A DNA stretch of 30,307 bases from a virus (IMGVR_UViG_3300035547_000103:1-30307); one strand, 5' to 3'. Shown: positions 15,731-25,622, counted from the first letter of the stretch. Numbers and translations: made by a program. Notes: generated by a model from the sequence alone, not told the origin.

Positions 15731-16262
15731 CACCAGAGAGGAAAAAGAGCGTTTCGCCACGGTCATGTGGGGTTTGGCAGAAGACTTTGGCGGCAAGATC
15801 ACGTCCGAGGGCCTCAAGATCCGGTTTATGGCCTTAGAAGAATACACCATCGACCAGATAACCCAGGCGGCCACCTGGTTGTTGAAATACCGGGAAAAAA
15901 CATTTCCGGCAGTGCCGACAACAAAAGAGATCATTGGTGTGATCCAGAACAACGGTGCCGCTATTGATTACAAGAGCGCTGCCGAGGTCCAGGTTGACGT
16001 TGTTTTGAAAAAGCTGAAATTTGAGGGCCGAACCGGCGAGATTGATTTTGATGACCGGATCACCCGGCAGCTGATGTCTGTCCGGTGGCCTTATCACTCA
16101 TGGGCCGCATCTGTCATGGAAAAGGACCTGGTGTGGTTTCGGAAAGAATTTGTTGAGGCTTATCAGGCGTATGGATCGAATGAGAAGCAGTTGCCACTGC
16201 TGAACGCGCCGGACAATGTTTTGTCTATCGCGCAGAATTTGTCAAAAAAAATGCAGATGTAG
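15723..16262 (+). CDS. Putative helicase loader / replication accessory protein
   Basis: Follows the O-like gene; ...ALEEYTIDQITQAA...FPAVPTTKEII pattern. The call is largely positional. Confidence 0.55.
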   Translation: MNNTREEKERFATVMWGLAEDFGGKITSEGLKIRFMALEEYTIDQITQAATWLLKYREKTFPAVPTTKEIIGVIQNNGAAIDYKSAAEVQVDVVLKKLKFEGRTGEIDFDDRITRQLMSVRWPYHSWAASVMEKDLVWFRKEFVEAYQAYGSNEKQLPLLNAPDNVLSIAQNLSKKMQM

Positions 16263-16276
16263 GGAAGGGGCTGAAA

Positions 16277-16663
16277 TTGGAAAAAATCAAAATTACATTA
16301 CCAGGCAGTATCAGATCCAAAAAAAACAGCAAGATTGCCACAATCATCGGCGGCGTGAACAAGCCCAGCCGTGCCATGATCCTGCCGAGCAATGCTTACA
16401 AAAAATGGGAAGCTGTGGCCCGACAACATGCCGCGTTTCAGTATCCAGGTGAACCTATCACTGATCGGGTGGCGGTAACGGCCCGGATTTTTTACAAGGG
16501 TCAGCGGCCGGACTTGAGCGGATGTTTAGAAAGCGTCGGGGATTGTTTGGAGGGCCTGGTTTGGGGCGATGATAAACTGATCGAATCATGGGACGGCAGC
16601 CGCCTGGAAAAAGACAATGCCAATCCAAGAACGGAAGTTGAGGTGATGTTTTATGAAAAATAA
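16277..16663 (+). CDS. rusA: RusA-family Holliday junction resolvase
   Basis: PGSIRSKKNS...RPDL...DCLEG...DDKLI...NPRTEVEV; TTG start. Confidence 0.82.
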   Translation: MEKIKITLPGSIRSKKNSKIATIIGGVNKPSRAMILPSNAYKKWEAVARQHAAFQYPGEPITDRVAVTARIFYKGQRPDLSGCLESVGDCLEGLVWGDDKLIESWDGSRLEKDNANPRTEVEVMFYEK

Positions 16664-17240
16664 TCTGAATACATCTGTGAAGGTGGATGTGCATAACGAT
16701 TTAGGAAAGGGGATGATCATGGCTGAAGATATGGCGACCTATGAAGCAGCACCCAAAGACATGAAACGGGACTGTGACACCTGCGCGCGCCCCGGGGCAG
16801 GCAGCAAGGTATGCCCGATGCACAAAATAGACCTGGACATATGCCTGAATAATCAGGCCAGGCCGTTCTGGCGGCCTAAGGGACACGGCTGTCTCAGTGG
16901 CATTAATATTATAACTGCCGAGCAAAAGCCGGGGTCCGGCAAAAAATTCAAACCAAAAAATAACCAGAAAAAAACTGCAACTGCCCTGTTTAAATCAAGG
17001 GCTGCAAAACTCTTGGCTGAAGTGGACACAACGGAGCAAGGCGATACTATGTCTCAAGAGATTCATTCCGAAGTAGATACGATCACAATGGAGCTTGACG
17101 ACATGGTCGAACAGATCTGCGAGCGGGCCGGGTACCCAAAGCTGTACGAAGCGTTGAAAAAATCGGCGCTCAGAAACATGCGTCCACCGCATTTGCAGGC
17201 TCTGTTTCTTGTGACCCGAGCGCTCATGAAAGAGGCCTGA
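16653..17240 (+). CDS. Hypothetical protein with N-terminal Cys cluster (start uncertain)
   Basis: CDTC...CP...C; last ORF before the cos region. Confidence 0.6.
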   Translation: MKNNLNTSVKVDVHNDLGKGMIMAEDMATYEAAPKDMKRDCDTCARPGAGSKVCPMHKIDLDICLNNQARPFWRPKGHGCLSGINIITAEQKPGSGKKFKPKNNQKKTATALFKSRAAKLLAEVDTTEQGDTMSQEIHSEVDTITMELDDMVEQICERAGYPKLYEALKKSALRNMRPPHLQALFLVTRALMKEA

Positions 17241-17428
17241 CTTGATATGATCATCCATCCACCCCAATCCGGCCCGTTTTCCACAATTTCCGGGCCTCAA
17301 CGGGTGAGGGGGACCTCCTTGGCGTCTCAGGACGTTATAACATACCCCAGCCGGCGGCCAGGCGTCAGCCATGACAGGTGCCATGACAAATTCGGAAATG
17401 GTGCTGCCCTGGACCAAAAACATTCAAT

Positions 17429-17530
17429 GGGTCCTTCCTGGGAGAAAAATCAGTAGGGGTCACAAAGGCAAGATCTTTCAACACGTGAACATTTTTTTTC
17501 CAAGTTCCGTTTACCCCGTGAAACATTTTG
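17429..17530 (+). other. cos-like packaging site (cosQ, cosN, cosB)
   Basis: GGGTCCT at 17429-17435 is identical to lambda cosQ. A G-run follows about 21 nt later where cosN is expected, and CGTGAA(A)CATTTT occurs twice (17484, 17517) just before the terminase small subunit gene. Confidence 0.6.
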
Positions 17531-17540
17531 GGAGTATTGC

Positions 17541-18011
17541 ATGATAGTCACAACAAACCAGGTCGCTGACCTCTTCTCAATCACAGACCGGGCTGTCCGA
17601 AAATGGGCTGATCGCGGATGCCCCAGGGCCGGACATGGAAAATGGGATTTGAAACTGGTGATTCAGTGGTGGCTCGAAAATGTGTACCGGGCTGAGGACG
17701 ATGACCAGGAAGTCCAGGACGCCAAATCCAAATACTGGCAGGCCAAGGCCAGAAACGAAACCGTCAAGGCGGACCTGGCTGAAGGAAAGGTGATGCCGGT
17801 CGAAAATTTCAAAAAAGCCTGGGCCTGGCGCGTGTCTGAAATTTTCGGCGGGATACTGGGCTGGTCTATGCGGTTGTCTCCGCTGCTGGCTGGAAAGACC
17901 GACAAGGAGATACAGTCGATCATCTACAGCGAGGCGTGGAGCTTGTGCGACAAGTTCAGCCGGACCGGGAAGTTTACGCCGGCAGTGAAAAAACCGAAGC
18001 GGAAGAAATAA
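17541..18011 (+). CDS. Terminase small subunit (Nu1-like)
   Basis: N-terminal winged HTH QVADLFSITDRAVRKWADRGCP...WDLKLVIQW, then a coiled coil; directly upstream of terL. Confidence 0.88.
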   Translation: MIVTTNQVADLFSITDRAVRKWADRGCPRAGHGKWDLKLVIQWWLENVYRAEDDDQEVQDAKSKYWQAKARNETVKADLAEGKVMPVENFKKAWAWRVSEIFGGILGWSMRLSPLLAGKTDKEIQSIIYSEAWSLCDKFSRTGKFTPAVKKPKRKK

Positions 18012-19979
18012 ATGAAATTCGCATGGTACCCCGAAGAACTGGCCGCCGCCAAACCGCCCGAACGCCTGACCATTTCCCAATGGGCCTGTAAATACCGAGA
18101 GCTTGGCAAGCTATCCGCTATCACCGGCCTGTATTCTCTGGAGATGACACCATACTGGGGGCCGATCATGGACCGGTGCTGTTCACCTGATATTGATCAG
18201 GTGGTGGTGGTCGGCCCGGCTCAGTCCGGAAAGACCGTCGCCATCGTGGAAAACGTCACCGGGTACTATCTCCATCAGGACCCATCGTCCATCATGATTG
18301 TGTTGGCTGATGAAGACACCGCTTATTTTATTTCGGAAGAAAAGATCGCCCCGATGTTCAAGGACAGTGCGGCCCTGTCTTACCTTTACGACAAAAAAAC
18401 TTTCAACAAAGGCGAGATCGGAACACACAACGGGGGTCATGTGGATCTGGCCTGGGCGTCATCTGTTGCGAAGCTGGCTACAAAGCCGGAACGGATCGTA
18501 ATCTGTGACGAAGTAGACAAGCCCGGGTACGGCAAACAGAGCAAGGAGGCCGGAGCAATCTCCCTGGCCCGGGAGCGGACCGTATCATACCCGGACGGAT
18601 ATTTTAAACACATTTTTACCAGCACTCCGACCACCCCAGAAGGCAACATTATGACCCTTCTGGAGCAGTCAGATGTGATCTATGACTGGCATGTGCCCTG
18701 TCCCTATTGCGGCCAGTTCCAGCCGTTGCGGTGGAGTTCGGAATATTGCCATGGTTTTACGGATGGAAAGTACCGGGGCGATGATGGCGAGCTGCATCAG
18801 ATCGGCGGCGTGGTGTGGGATGGTGGCAGAAAAGCAACGCTCGACCAAATACAAGAAACAGCCCGGTACAGGTGCGGAGAGTGCGGGCAGCTGTGGGACA
18901 CCTGGCAGAAAAACAAAGCCGTTCAGGCCGGGAAGGAAGTGCCGAGAACAGAGGCGACCGGCAAAGAGCGAAAGACGGGGCACCATGTCAACCGGATTTA
19001 TTCTCTTTTTGATTCTGGCAAGCTGGAAAAGCTGGTGTCAGAATGGGTGTCGATCTGGAAGCTATTTGGTGCGCAACATGTCCGGTCCCTGCAGGGTTTT
19101 ATCAACTCCACCCTGGCCGAGCCGTTCAAGCGGGTGGTCCGCCAGAAAGCCGATTCTGTTGAAAAAATTCTGTCCGCCAGGTGCGACCTGCCGCCGCAGC
19201 TGGTGCCAACTGAGGCGGTGGCCCTGGTATGTTATGTGGACGTGCAGAAACATGGGTTCTGGTTTGTGGTGCGGGCATTTGCCGCTGATTACCGGTCCTG
19301 GAATATCCATCATGGATATCTGACCAGCTGGGAGGATGTGGAGACGCTTTTGTTTGTAACACAGTATCCTGTTGATGGTGACGGCGAGAAATTTTTCAGG
19401 ATCGGCCGGGCGGCGGTTGATACAGGCGGGACAGAAAAATGGGAAGATATGTCCATGACGGAAGAAACTTATTTCTGGTTGAGAAAAAACGGCACCGGCC
19501 GGGGGTGCCGGGTGTTCGGGACAAAGGGCAGCAATACCCCCTTGCCGTCAATCTTGCAGGTGATGAAGCCAATGGACAGCACACCGTCCGGCAAATCATT
19601 GCAGGGCGGGTTGCAGCTGATCCGGCTGGACACCCAAAAACTGAAAGACAAGTTTATCTATCGGCTGAATCAGGCGATAGATGGCGAATCATACCATGCA
19701 GCCTATCTCCACAAGAACACAGACGATGAATATGCAAAACACATCCTGGCGGAAGAAAAACAGACAGATCCGCAGGGAAACGAGATGTGGGTCAAGATCA
19801 GTGCCAGAAACGACCTGTTCGACTGCGAGTGCGGGTGTCTGGCTCTGGCAGAACCAGAATGGCCGGGGGGTGGGGTGAATTTGTTTGCAAAAAAACAGCC
19901 TGGCAGAGAATCGAAGGCGTCGGAATCAAAGCCAAACCAAAACGCTTTACCGAAAAAAAAGGACTGGTTTAAGCGATGA
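18012..19979 (+). CDS. Terminase large subunit (lambda GpA family)
   Basis: Walker A GPAQSGKT, Walker B VICDEVD, STPT, VPCPYCG, VDVQ, AVDTGG, RNDLFDC. Confidence 0.96.
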   Translation: MKFAWYPEELAAAKPPERLTISQWACKYRELGKLSAITGLYSLEMTPYWGPIMDRCCSPDIDQVVVVGPAQSGKTVAIVENVTGYYLHQDPSSIMIVLADEDTAYFISEEKIAPMFKDSAALSYLYDKKTFNKGEIGTHNGGHVDLAWASSVAKLATKPERIVICDEVDKPGYGKQSKEAGAISLARERTVSYPDGYFKHIFTSTPTTPEGNIMTLLEQSDVIYDWHVPCPYCGQFQPLRWSSEYCHGFTDGKYRGDDGELHQIGGVVWDGGRKATLDQIQETARYRCGECGQLWDTWQKNKAVQAGKEVPRTEATGKERKTGHHVNRIYSLFDSGKLEKLVSEWVSIWKLFGAQHVRSLQGFINSTLAEPFKRVVRQKADSVEKILSARCDLPPQLVPTEAVALVCYVDVQKHGFWFVVRAFAADYRSWNIHHGYLTSWEDVETLLFVTQYPVDGDGEKFFRIGRAAVDTGGTEKWEDMSMTEETYFWLRKNGTGRGCRVFGTKGSNTPLPSILQVMKPMDSTPSGKSLQGGLQLIRLDTQKLKDKFIYRLNQAIDGESYHAAYLHKNTDDEYAKHILAEEKQTDPQGNEMWVKISARNDLFDCECGCLALAEPEWPGGGVNLFAKKQPGRESKASESKPNQNALPKKKDWFKR

Positions 19980-20194
19980 CCATTAAAAAATCAGACAAGC
20001 TGCTCGTTCAGATTTCAGAAATCGTGGAATACACCGGTATCTCTGAACAGACCATCAAAAAAATGGTCGTTGAGGTTGGTTTTCCCGCCCGCAAGTTTTT
20101 GGGCTCGTGGTACTCATCGACTGATGCCATCGAGGACTGGATGTATGAGAACTGCTACAAGAAAAAAAAGGCCGTCGAAGTCATAAAAAAATAA
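19976..20194 (+). CDS. Small HTH DNA-binding protein (AlpA/Xis-like), candidate late regulator
   Basis: ISEIVEYTGISEQTIKKM...GFPARK...W; ATGA-coupled to terL. Confidence 0.7.
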   Translation: MTIKKSDKLLVQISEIVEYTGISEQTIKKMVVEVGFPARKFLGSWYSSTDAIEDWMYENCYKKKKAVEVIKK

Positions 20195-20207
20195 CCCTGT
20201 CAACCAC

Positions 20208-20263
20208 AAATAATACCATTCTAACGGGAAATAATACCATTCTAACGGGAAATACCGGGAAAT
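20208..20263 (+). repeat. Tandem 21-bp repeat (2 copies) plus partial copies
   Basis: AAATAATACCATTCTAACGGG at 20208-20228 and 20229-20249; CGGGAAATA occurs three times. Confidence 0.92.
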
Positions 20264-20264
20264 A

Positions 20265-20294
20265 GCAAAATCATGAAAAAACCGGGGGTATAAT
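20265..20294 (+). promoter_or_regulatory. Putative activator-dependent late promoter
   Basis: Perfect TATAAT at 20289-20294 with no recognisable -35, downstream of the tandem repeats. Confidence 0.5.
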
Positions 20295-20321
20295 GATCTC
20301 AATTTAAATTGGAGACATATT

Positions 20322-20621
20322 ATGGCCCCAAAGAAATCAGAAAAAAAGCAACCTGAAAAGAAAAAGGCGACGAAAAATGAAACCCGGACTGATGTAAAAA
20401 AAGCCGTCAAGTCACCCGCCCCTGAACCCGTCCAATCAAACACCACTAAATCAGAACCAGTCACCGACCGCGTGATCAGAACTATCCGGCCGAGTAAAAA
20501 CATCGCGTGTCCGGCATGTAAGGCTTTCCCGACGGCCACCATGATTCGGCGAGGAGACTACCAGCTCCGCAGGTGCCGTGAATGCGGACATCGGTTTGAA
20601 GTGAAAAAAGGTGGTCGTTGA
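20322..20621 (+). CDS. Lys-rich protein with C-terminal Zn ribbon
   Basis: GGAG SD; CPAC...RRCRECGHRF. Confidence 0.7.
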   Translation: MAPKKSEKKQPEKKKATKNETRTDVKKAVKSPAPEPVQSNTTKSEPVTDRVIRTIRPSKNIACPACKAFPTATMIRRGDYQLRRCRECGHRFEVKKGGR

Positions 20622-20845
20622 TGGCGGGGTTCACTACATTTTCTGCACTGAAAATTGCCATTCTTGATGCCATCGCGGACAGCGTGGCCGGATCTCCGTG
20701 TACTGGTGAATATCAGATCGGCGGCAGAACGATGAAGTACCGCAGCTACGAAGAGCTCATGTCTCTGTACAAAGAGGTCAGCGTTCTGGCCGCCAAAGAA
20801 TCAGGCCCGCGCAGCTCGTTCGGCCGATACAGGAGGTTCCGTTGA
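20621..20845 (+). CDS. gpW-like head-tail joining protein
   Basis: EYQIGGRTMKYRSYEEL; immediately upstream of the portal. Confidence 0.75.
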   Translation: MAGFTTFSALKIAILDAIADSVAGSPCTGEYQIGGRTMKYRSYEELMSLYKEVSVLAAKESGPRSSFGRYRRFR

Positions 20846-22413
20846 ATCTCCTTGGCCGCATGTTTCCGGAATGGGCACTGAAACGCAGCATAGCGCGCGC
20901 CCGCCTTGCACGCCTTGAAAAATTCCGGTCCCTCGATGCCGTGTCCGGCGAACGGCAGCGGTTCCGGATGAGTTCCACCTCCCAGAACATCAACTCCGAA
21001 GTTGCTGACAACATTGTGGGCTTGCGCGAGCAGATCAGGCGGTATGAACTTGAAAACGGCAATGTGTCCGGACCGTTCCGCCGGCTGAAAAAAAACGTGG
21101 TGGGCCATGGCATTCGCCTGAACGCTGAGATTACGGGCGATGATCCAAGTAGTAAAGAAATCCCAAAAATCACGAAAGACCAGGCAGAGGTCGCAAACCA
21201 CAAAGTTGAAAAGCTGTTCAATGTCTGGAACAGGGAAGCGGACAAGCGCCTGATGCTGCCGTTTTATGGATCAGATGGTATTCAGGGAATCGTTGAACAC
21301 GCCCTGGCCCGAGACAACGAAGCCATTGTCATCGGTAGGGTTAGCAGCCGGGTGGATCGCATTATTCCGTATTGCCTGGAAGTGCTGGAGTCAGACCGAC
21401 TCCAGACCCCGCCCGAGGAGATCGGAAACCCCCAGGTAGAAAACGGCATCCGGTTTGACGCAGAGGGTGCCCCGGCCGCTTATTTTATCCTCAAGGATCA
21501 CCCGGGAAACACCATGTCAGCCGTATTCAACAATCAGAACTTTGAGGAAGTTCCGGCTTACAATCCGAACGGCACCAAAAAAGTAATGTTTCTATTCAAC
21601 CCGATCCGGCCAGAACAAACCCGCGCGGTTTCATTGATGGCATCCGCACTCAAAGACATCCAGGACGCGGACCGGTACATGGAGGCAGAGAAGCTGGCCG
21701 CGCTCGAAGATGCCTGTCTGTTTGGAACTGTCAAAACAGATGACCCGGGCGGATGGGACAGCCTGAGCAACACGCCCAGCAACAACGACAAATACGACCG
21801 GATCCATGAGTTTGCCCCAAACGAAATCAAATACCTGTTCCCCGGGGAAGAGCTGGACGTCCACCGCCCGGAACGCCCTGGAGGTCAGTTTGAATCATTC
21901 ATTAATCAGATATGGCGCGGTCCGGCAAACGCCATGGATATCCCCCCTGAAGTCTTTTTGCAAAACTGGAAGGGCATGAACTACAGCAACGCGAGGACTG
22001 TTCTTTTACAGTTTTACGCCACATGTCGGGAGCGGCAGCGTTTCCTGGTCAACAATTTGTGCTGGCATGTGTACGACAATGTGTTCCGCTGGTTTTTGTT
22101 GAAAGGACTGATACAGGCCCCGTCGTTTTTTAGCCGTAAATATGACTGGCTGCAACACTCTTGGATCACCCCTGGGTGGCAGTGGGTTGACCCCGCAAAA
22201 GAAGCATCCGGAAAAGAAACGGAAGTCAACCTGGGCACGGAAAATATATCTGACATCATCCGTGCCCAGGGCGAAGATCCGGAAGTTAAGCTGGAGCGCC
22301 GGGCCAGGGAAAAACGACGGATCAGGGATCTGGAAGAAAAATATGACATCAAAATGTTTGATGAAAAACAGGTCAGAGCAATGACAGCAGCAAAGGATGA
22401 CGACGATGAATGA
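20842..22413 (+). CDS. Portal protein, lambda family
   Basis: NVVGHGI, NGIRFDAEGAPAAYFI, RPEQTRAVS, NYSNAR, PGWQWVDPAKE. Confidence 0.95.
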   Translation: MNLLGRMFPEWALKRSIARARLARLEKFRSLDAVSGERQRFRMSSTSQNINSEVADNIVGLREQIRRYELENGNVSGPFRRLKKNVVGHGIRLNAEITGDDPSSKEIPKITKDQAEVANHKVEKLFNVWNREADKRLMLPFYGSDGIQGIVEHALARDNEAIVIGRVSSRVDRIIPYCLEVLESDRLQTPPEEIGNPQVENGIRFDAEGAPAAYFILKDHPGNTMSAVFNNQNFEEVPAYNPNGTKKVMFLFNPIRPEQTRAVSLMASALKDIQDADRYMEAEKLAALEDACLFGTVKTDDPGGWDSLSNTPSNNDKYDRIHEFAPNEIKYLFPGEELDVHRPERPGGQFESFINQIWRGPANAMDIPPEVFLQNWKGMNYSNARTVLLQFYATCRERQRFLVNNLCWHVYDNVFRWFLLKGLIQAPSFFSRKYDWLQHSWITPGWQWVDPAKEASGKETEVNLGTENISDIIRAQGEDPEVKLERRAREKRRIRDLEEKYDIKMFDEKQVRAMTAAKDDDDE

Positions 22414-23377
22414 GCTATTTTTCAGAGCGGTCGGAGTAAAGCCGGAAAATATCGATGAGAAAAACAGGACAATGACGGTTTCTTTTTCTTCCGAGCACCC
22501 CGTAACCCGCAGGTGTTACGGCCAGGAGGTATTGCTCCACGGTGAAAACAATGTTGATTTTGAATATCTCAACACCGTTGGTTCAGTACTTCGAAAACAT
22601 GGCGGAGACATGGCGGATATAGTCGGGACCGTTGAAAAGTCATGGAACGAGGGTCGCAGAGGCATGGCAGTAATCAGGTTCGATGATGATGAAAACGGCA
22701 ATATGGCCATAAATAAAATCAAATCTGGAAGCCTGCGAGGGATTTCTGCCGGATACATGATCGAAAAGGGCATCCGGTTGGATAAAGAGTCCGATACCTG
22801 GATAGATCCGGAAACAAAGAGAGAATACGCCGGCCCGGCAATCATTGCCACCCGGTGGCGACCGCACGAAATAACACTGACACCAATACCAGCAGATCAT
22901 ACAGTCGGATTTGGACGGTCGCTGGTTGAAAATATAGACTTACAAACCATCAAAAATGAGGAAAACAAAATGAATGAGAACGAAATCAGAGAACTGATCA
23001 AAACCACAGTTGCCGACGCTGTTGCCAATATTCCGAAGCCTATGACAGCCGAAGAAATGGCCGCGTCCGTCCGCAACATTGTCAAGGAAGAGTCAACCCC
23101 GAAAATTCAGGTGGACCGGGACACCCTGTCTGATCTGTCCAGCCGGGCATCTGCTGTGTCTGATGCCTGCAAATCCAAGGTGTTTGACATGGCGCTTGAG
23201 GGCCGGTCCCACATTGAGATGCTGACCTTCATCAACGACGAAGCCGTCAAGGATCCGGACGCCAGACACAAACATTCGGCAGGAGACGATCAGCATAACA
23301 GGCGGACCGATCAGCAGCAGTACCGCAAGGTTGAAGAGATTCCGGACGATCTGTTTTCCGGCGCGTTCCGGGCATGA
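22406..23377 (+). CDS. Prohead maturation protease with C-terminal scaffold region
   Basis: VSFSSEHPV...EVLLH...KH...GSLRGISAGY...WRPHEITLTPIPAD..VG, followed by a helical C-terminal half. Confidence 0.85.
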   Translation: MNELFFRAVGVKPENIDEKNRTMTVSFSSEHPVTRRCYGQEVLLHGENNVDFEYLNTVGSVLRKHGGDMADIVGTVEKSWNEGRRGMAVIRFDDDENGNMAINKIKSGSLRGISAGYMIEKGIRLDKESDTWIDPETKREYAGPAIIATRWRPHEITLTPIPADHTVGFGRSLVENIDLQTIKNEENKMNENEIRELIKTTVADAVANIPKPMTAEEMAASVRNIVKEESTPKIQVDRDTLSDLSSRASAVSDACKSKVFDMALEGRSHIEMLTFINDEAVKDPDARHKHSAGDDQHNRRTDQQQYRKVEEIPDDLFSGAFRA

Positions 23378-23426
23378 TCAGCTTGTTAACGTAAAGCATT
23401 GAACCTAAAGATAAAGGGATAGAAAA

Positions 23427-24266
23427 ATGGGAACAAATAAATATCCGTTCGTGAAAAACATTTGCGGCGACGACGCTCCGCTGATTATGCCGATGAAGGC
23501 GGCTGCCGGCAGCACCAGAACCTTCAAGATGGGCGAAATCCTGACATACAACGAAAACGCAGGTGAAATAACCGCAGTGGACGCCGCTGCAGATCAGGCA
23601 TACAGCCTGGTGATCGCCAAAGAAGAACAGAAAGAAGCCGATCCGGCCCGGTACGTGCCCTGCTTTATGCTCCGCGAGGGTGATGTCTTTGAATTTGCCA
23701 TGGCCGCCGCCGCCGCTGTGGCATATGGCGACGGCCTGGCATTGACTGCCGATCAGAGCCAGCAGCTGACCCGGGATGTGGACGGCAATGCTGTGGCCAT
23801 GTCTGTCGGAACCGACAATGTGCCGCAGATCGGCACCACCCTGACCAGTAAGGCCCATGTCCAGTGTGTGTTCCATCCGGAATTTTCTTACTTTTGCAAA
23901 AACGTACTGCAGAAGAACCTTAAAAAAGTCATGGCCAAAACCGCTGCGTATACCCTGACTCTTGAAGATAATGGCGCGATCATCACCAACAAGGGCGCAT
24001 CCGGATCCGTGACCCTCACGGCCCCGACATCCGTTGTGCCGGTTGGCTGGAATTTTGTCCAGGTTGGTGCTGCGGCACAGGCGTTTGTTTTCGATCCGAA
24101 ACCCGATACGGCAAAGGTTATTATTAAGGGCGCTGCACAGGCGGCCGGGAAGTCCGCATCCATAACCGATGAAGGCGATTTTATCCATTGGGTATGGGAC
24201 GGCACCGACTGGCTGGCTTATGCGAGTCAATCTGGCGTCGAGGCTGACATCACAATTGAATCTTAA
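23427..24266 (+). CDS. Capsid decoration/cement protein with extra C-terminal beta domain
   Basis: Lies between protease and capsid (lambda gpD position); Ala/Gly/Thr-rich; C-terminal domain ends in WDGTDW. Confidence 0.6.
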   Translation: MGTNKYPFVKNICGDDAPLIMPMKAAAGSTRTFKMGEILTYNENAGEITAVDAAADQAYSLVIAKEEQKEADPARYVPCFMLREGDVFEFAMAAAAAVAYGDGLALTADQSQQLTRDVDGNAVAMSVGTDNVPQIGTTLTSKAHVQCVFHPEFSYFCKNVLQKNLKKVMAKTAAYTLTLEDNGAIITNKGASGSVTLTAPTSVVPVGWNFVQVGAAAQAFVFDPKPDTAKVIIKGAAQAAGKSASITDEGDFIHWVWDGTDWLAYASQSGVEADITIES

Positions 24267-24320
24267 TCGGGTGCTGCCTGATGACTGAGAATAAAAAATA
24301 AAATCGAAAGGATTTTAAAA

Positions 24321-25547
24321 ATGAATAAGGTTTTGATTAAAAGCGGCATCTCCTACGGGCGGGGTCTGAGCATGTATGACCTGGCACAGGCCGCCAAAAC
24401 AGACCCGGTTGGCTTCATGAGAAAAGCCGAAACAATGATCAACGAAGGCAAGCTGACACTCAGCGACATGCTGTCCGACTCCCGGGAGTTTTTCAGAAAC
24501 TTTTCCGGCATCGAAGTGCCTGTAACCGTGGCGGATGAGCTGGCACCGAACGGACAGCGTGCCATCACCACCAGCGCCATGCCGGTGCTGACCGGCACGG
24601 CCGTTGTCAAGATGATCAACGACAAGTATGCTTCCATCCCGACCATCGGCGAGCAGCTGGTTACTGATTTCGATGACAACAAAAAGGTGACCAGTATTGC
24701 GGCGGTGCATACCGATGACAAAAACATCGATGAGGTCAAAGAAACCGAGCAGTTCCCTGAAATCGGTGCCAGCGAAGAAACGGTAGAGATCCGGCACCGG
24801 AAAAACGGGCGGAAACTCACCCTGACCACTGAAATGCTCCGGGAAAACGATGCGCCGAACTTCATCATGAAAGTCAACGCCCTGGCTGAGATCGCTTCTG
24901 ATTACGTCGAAGAGCTGACCCTGATGCGTGTCACTGACTATCACGGATCCAAGGCATCCCCATCCGAGCCTTATGTGTACCGGCCGGAAGGCAGCGGCAC
25001 CGCGCTTTACAGCTCCACGGCGAAAAAGCCCGGCACCAGAGCACCGAGCGGAACACGAAAGACCTCCAATGCGCTCGTTGATGAAACAGACTTGGAAGCC
25101 GTTCGCGCCCTGCTGGCCGCAATGCTGAACAGCCGTGGCAAACGGATCAGCATTCCGTATTCCGAGCGGGTTCTGCTGGTGCCGGATGCCCTGGTTGGTA
25201 CCGCCTCAAAGCTCCTGAATTCCGAGTATGTGCCCGGCGTTGAAAATGAAAAATCGAACTGGGGCCCGGGCGGCCGGTGGCACATTCCGCCCGAAAGATT
25301 GCTGTCATCCCCGAAGCTGGACGACCTGTCCACTTCCGCCTGGTATTACGGCATTTTCAAAAAACAGTTCATGCGCAAATGGAAACTCAGATTCACCTAC
25401 GTGACCCTGGGGCAGAACACTCAGGCATATCTGGATCGCGACATTGCATTCCAGGCGCGGATCTCATGGGATTGTGAAGTTGGCGCGACTGATTATGTGC
25501 ATGTGGTGCAGTCCCTGAGCGGGACAGATTCCCCTGCTGACGAATAA
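24321..25547 (+). CDS. Major capsid protein (HK97 fold, Mu gpT-like)
   Basis: 408 aa at the capsid position; EVKETEQF...KNGRKLTLTTEMLREND, LLVPDAL, SPKLD...SAWY motifs. Confidence 0.85.
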   Translation: MNKVLIKSGISYGRGLSMYDLAQAAKTDPVGFMRKAETMINEGKLTLSDMLSDSREFFRNFSGIEVPVTVADELAPNGQRAITTSAMPVLTGTAVVKMINDKYASIPTIGEQLVTDFDDNKKVTSIAAVHTDDKNIDEVKETEQFPEIGASEETVEIRHRKNGRKLTLTTEMLRENDAPNFIMKVNALAEIASDYVEELTLMRVTDYHGSKASPSEPYVYRPEGSGTALYSSTAKKPGTRAPSGTRKTSNALVDETDLEAVRALLAAMLNSRGKRISIPYSERVLLVPDALVGTASKLLNSEYVPGVENEKSNWGPGGRWHIPPERLLSSPKLDDLSTSAWYYGIFKKQFMRKWKLRFTYVTLGQNTQAYLDRDIAFQARISWDCEVGATDYVHVVQSLSGTDSPADE

Positions 25548-25571
25548 TCAGAGTTTTTGGTAACTGACCAA

Positions 25572-25601
25572 CATCCGGGGGAGAGATTCCCCGGATGATT
25601 T
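25572..25601 (+). terminator. Hairpin after capsid gene (weak terminator or mRNA stabiliser)
   Basis: CATCCGGGG...CCCCGGATG stem, followed by ATTT and an A-run. Confidence 0.5.
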
Positions 25602-25622
25602 AAAAAAAAGAAGAGGGTTAAA

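Noticed and set aside
17247-17456. 69-aa ORF before the terminase
   Set aside because: No SD, overlaps the cosQ-like site, and composition is unconvincing.
20208-20263. CRISPR-like mini-array
   Set aside because: The repeats are directly adjacent with no spacers, and no cas genes are present.
23247-24230. 327-aa minus-strand ORF
   Set aside because: Antisense shadow of the decoration protein gene.
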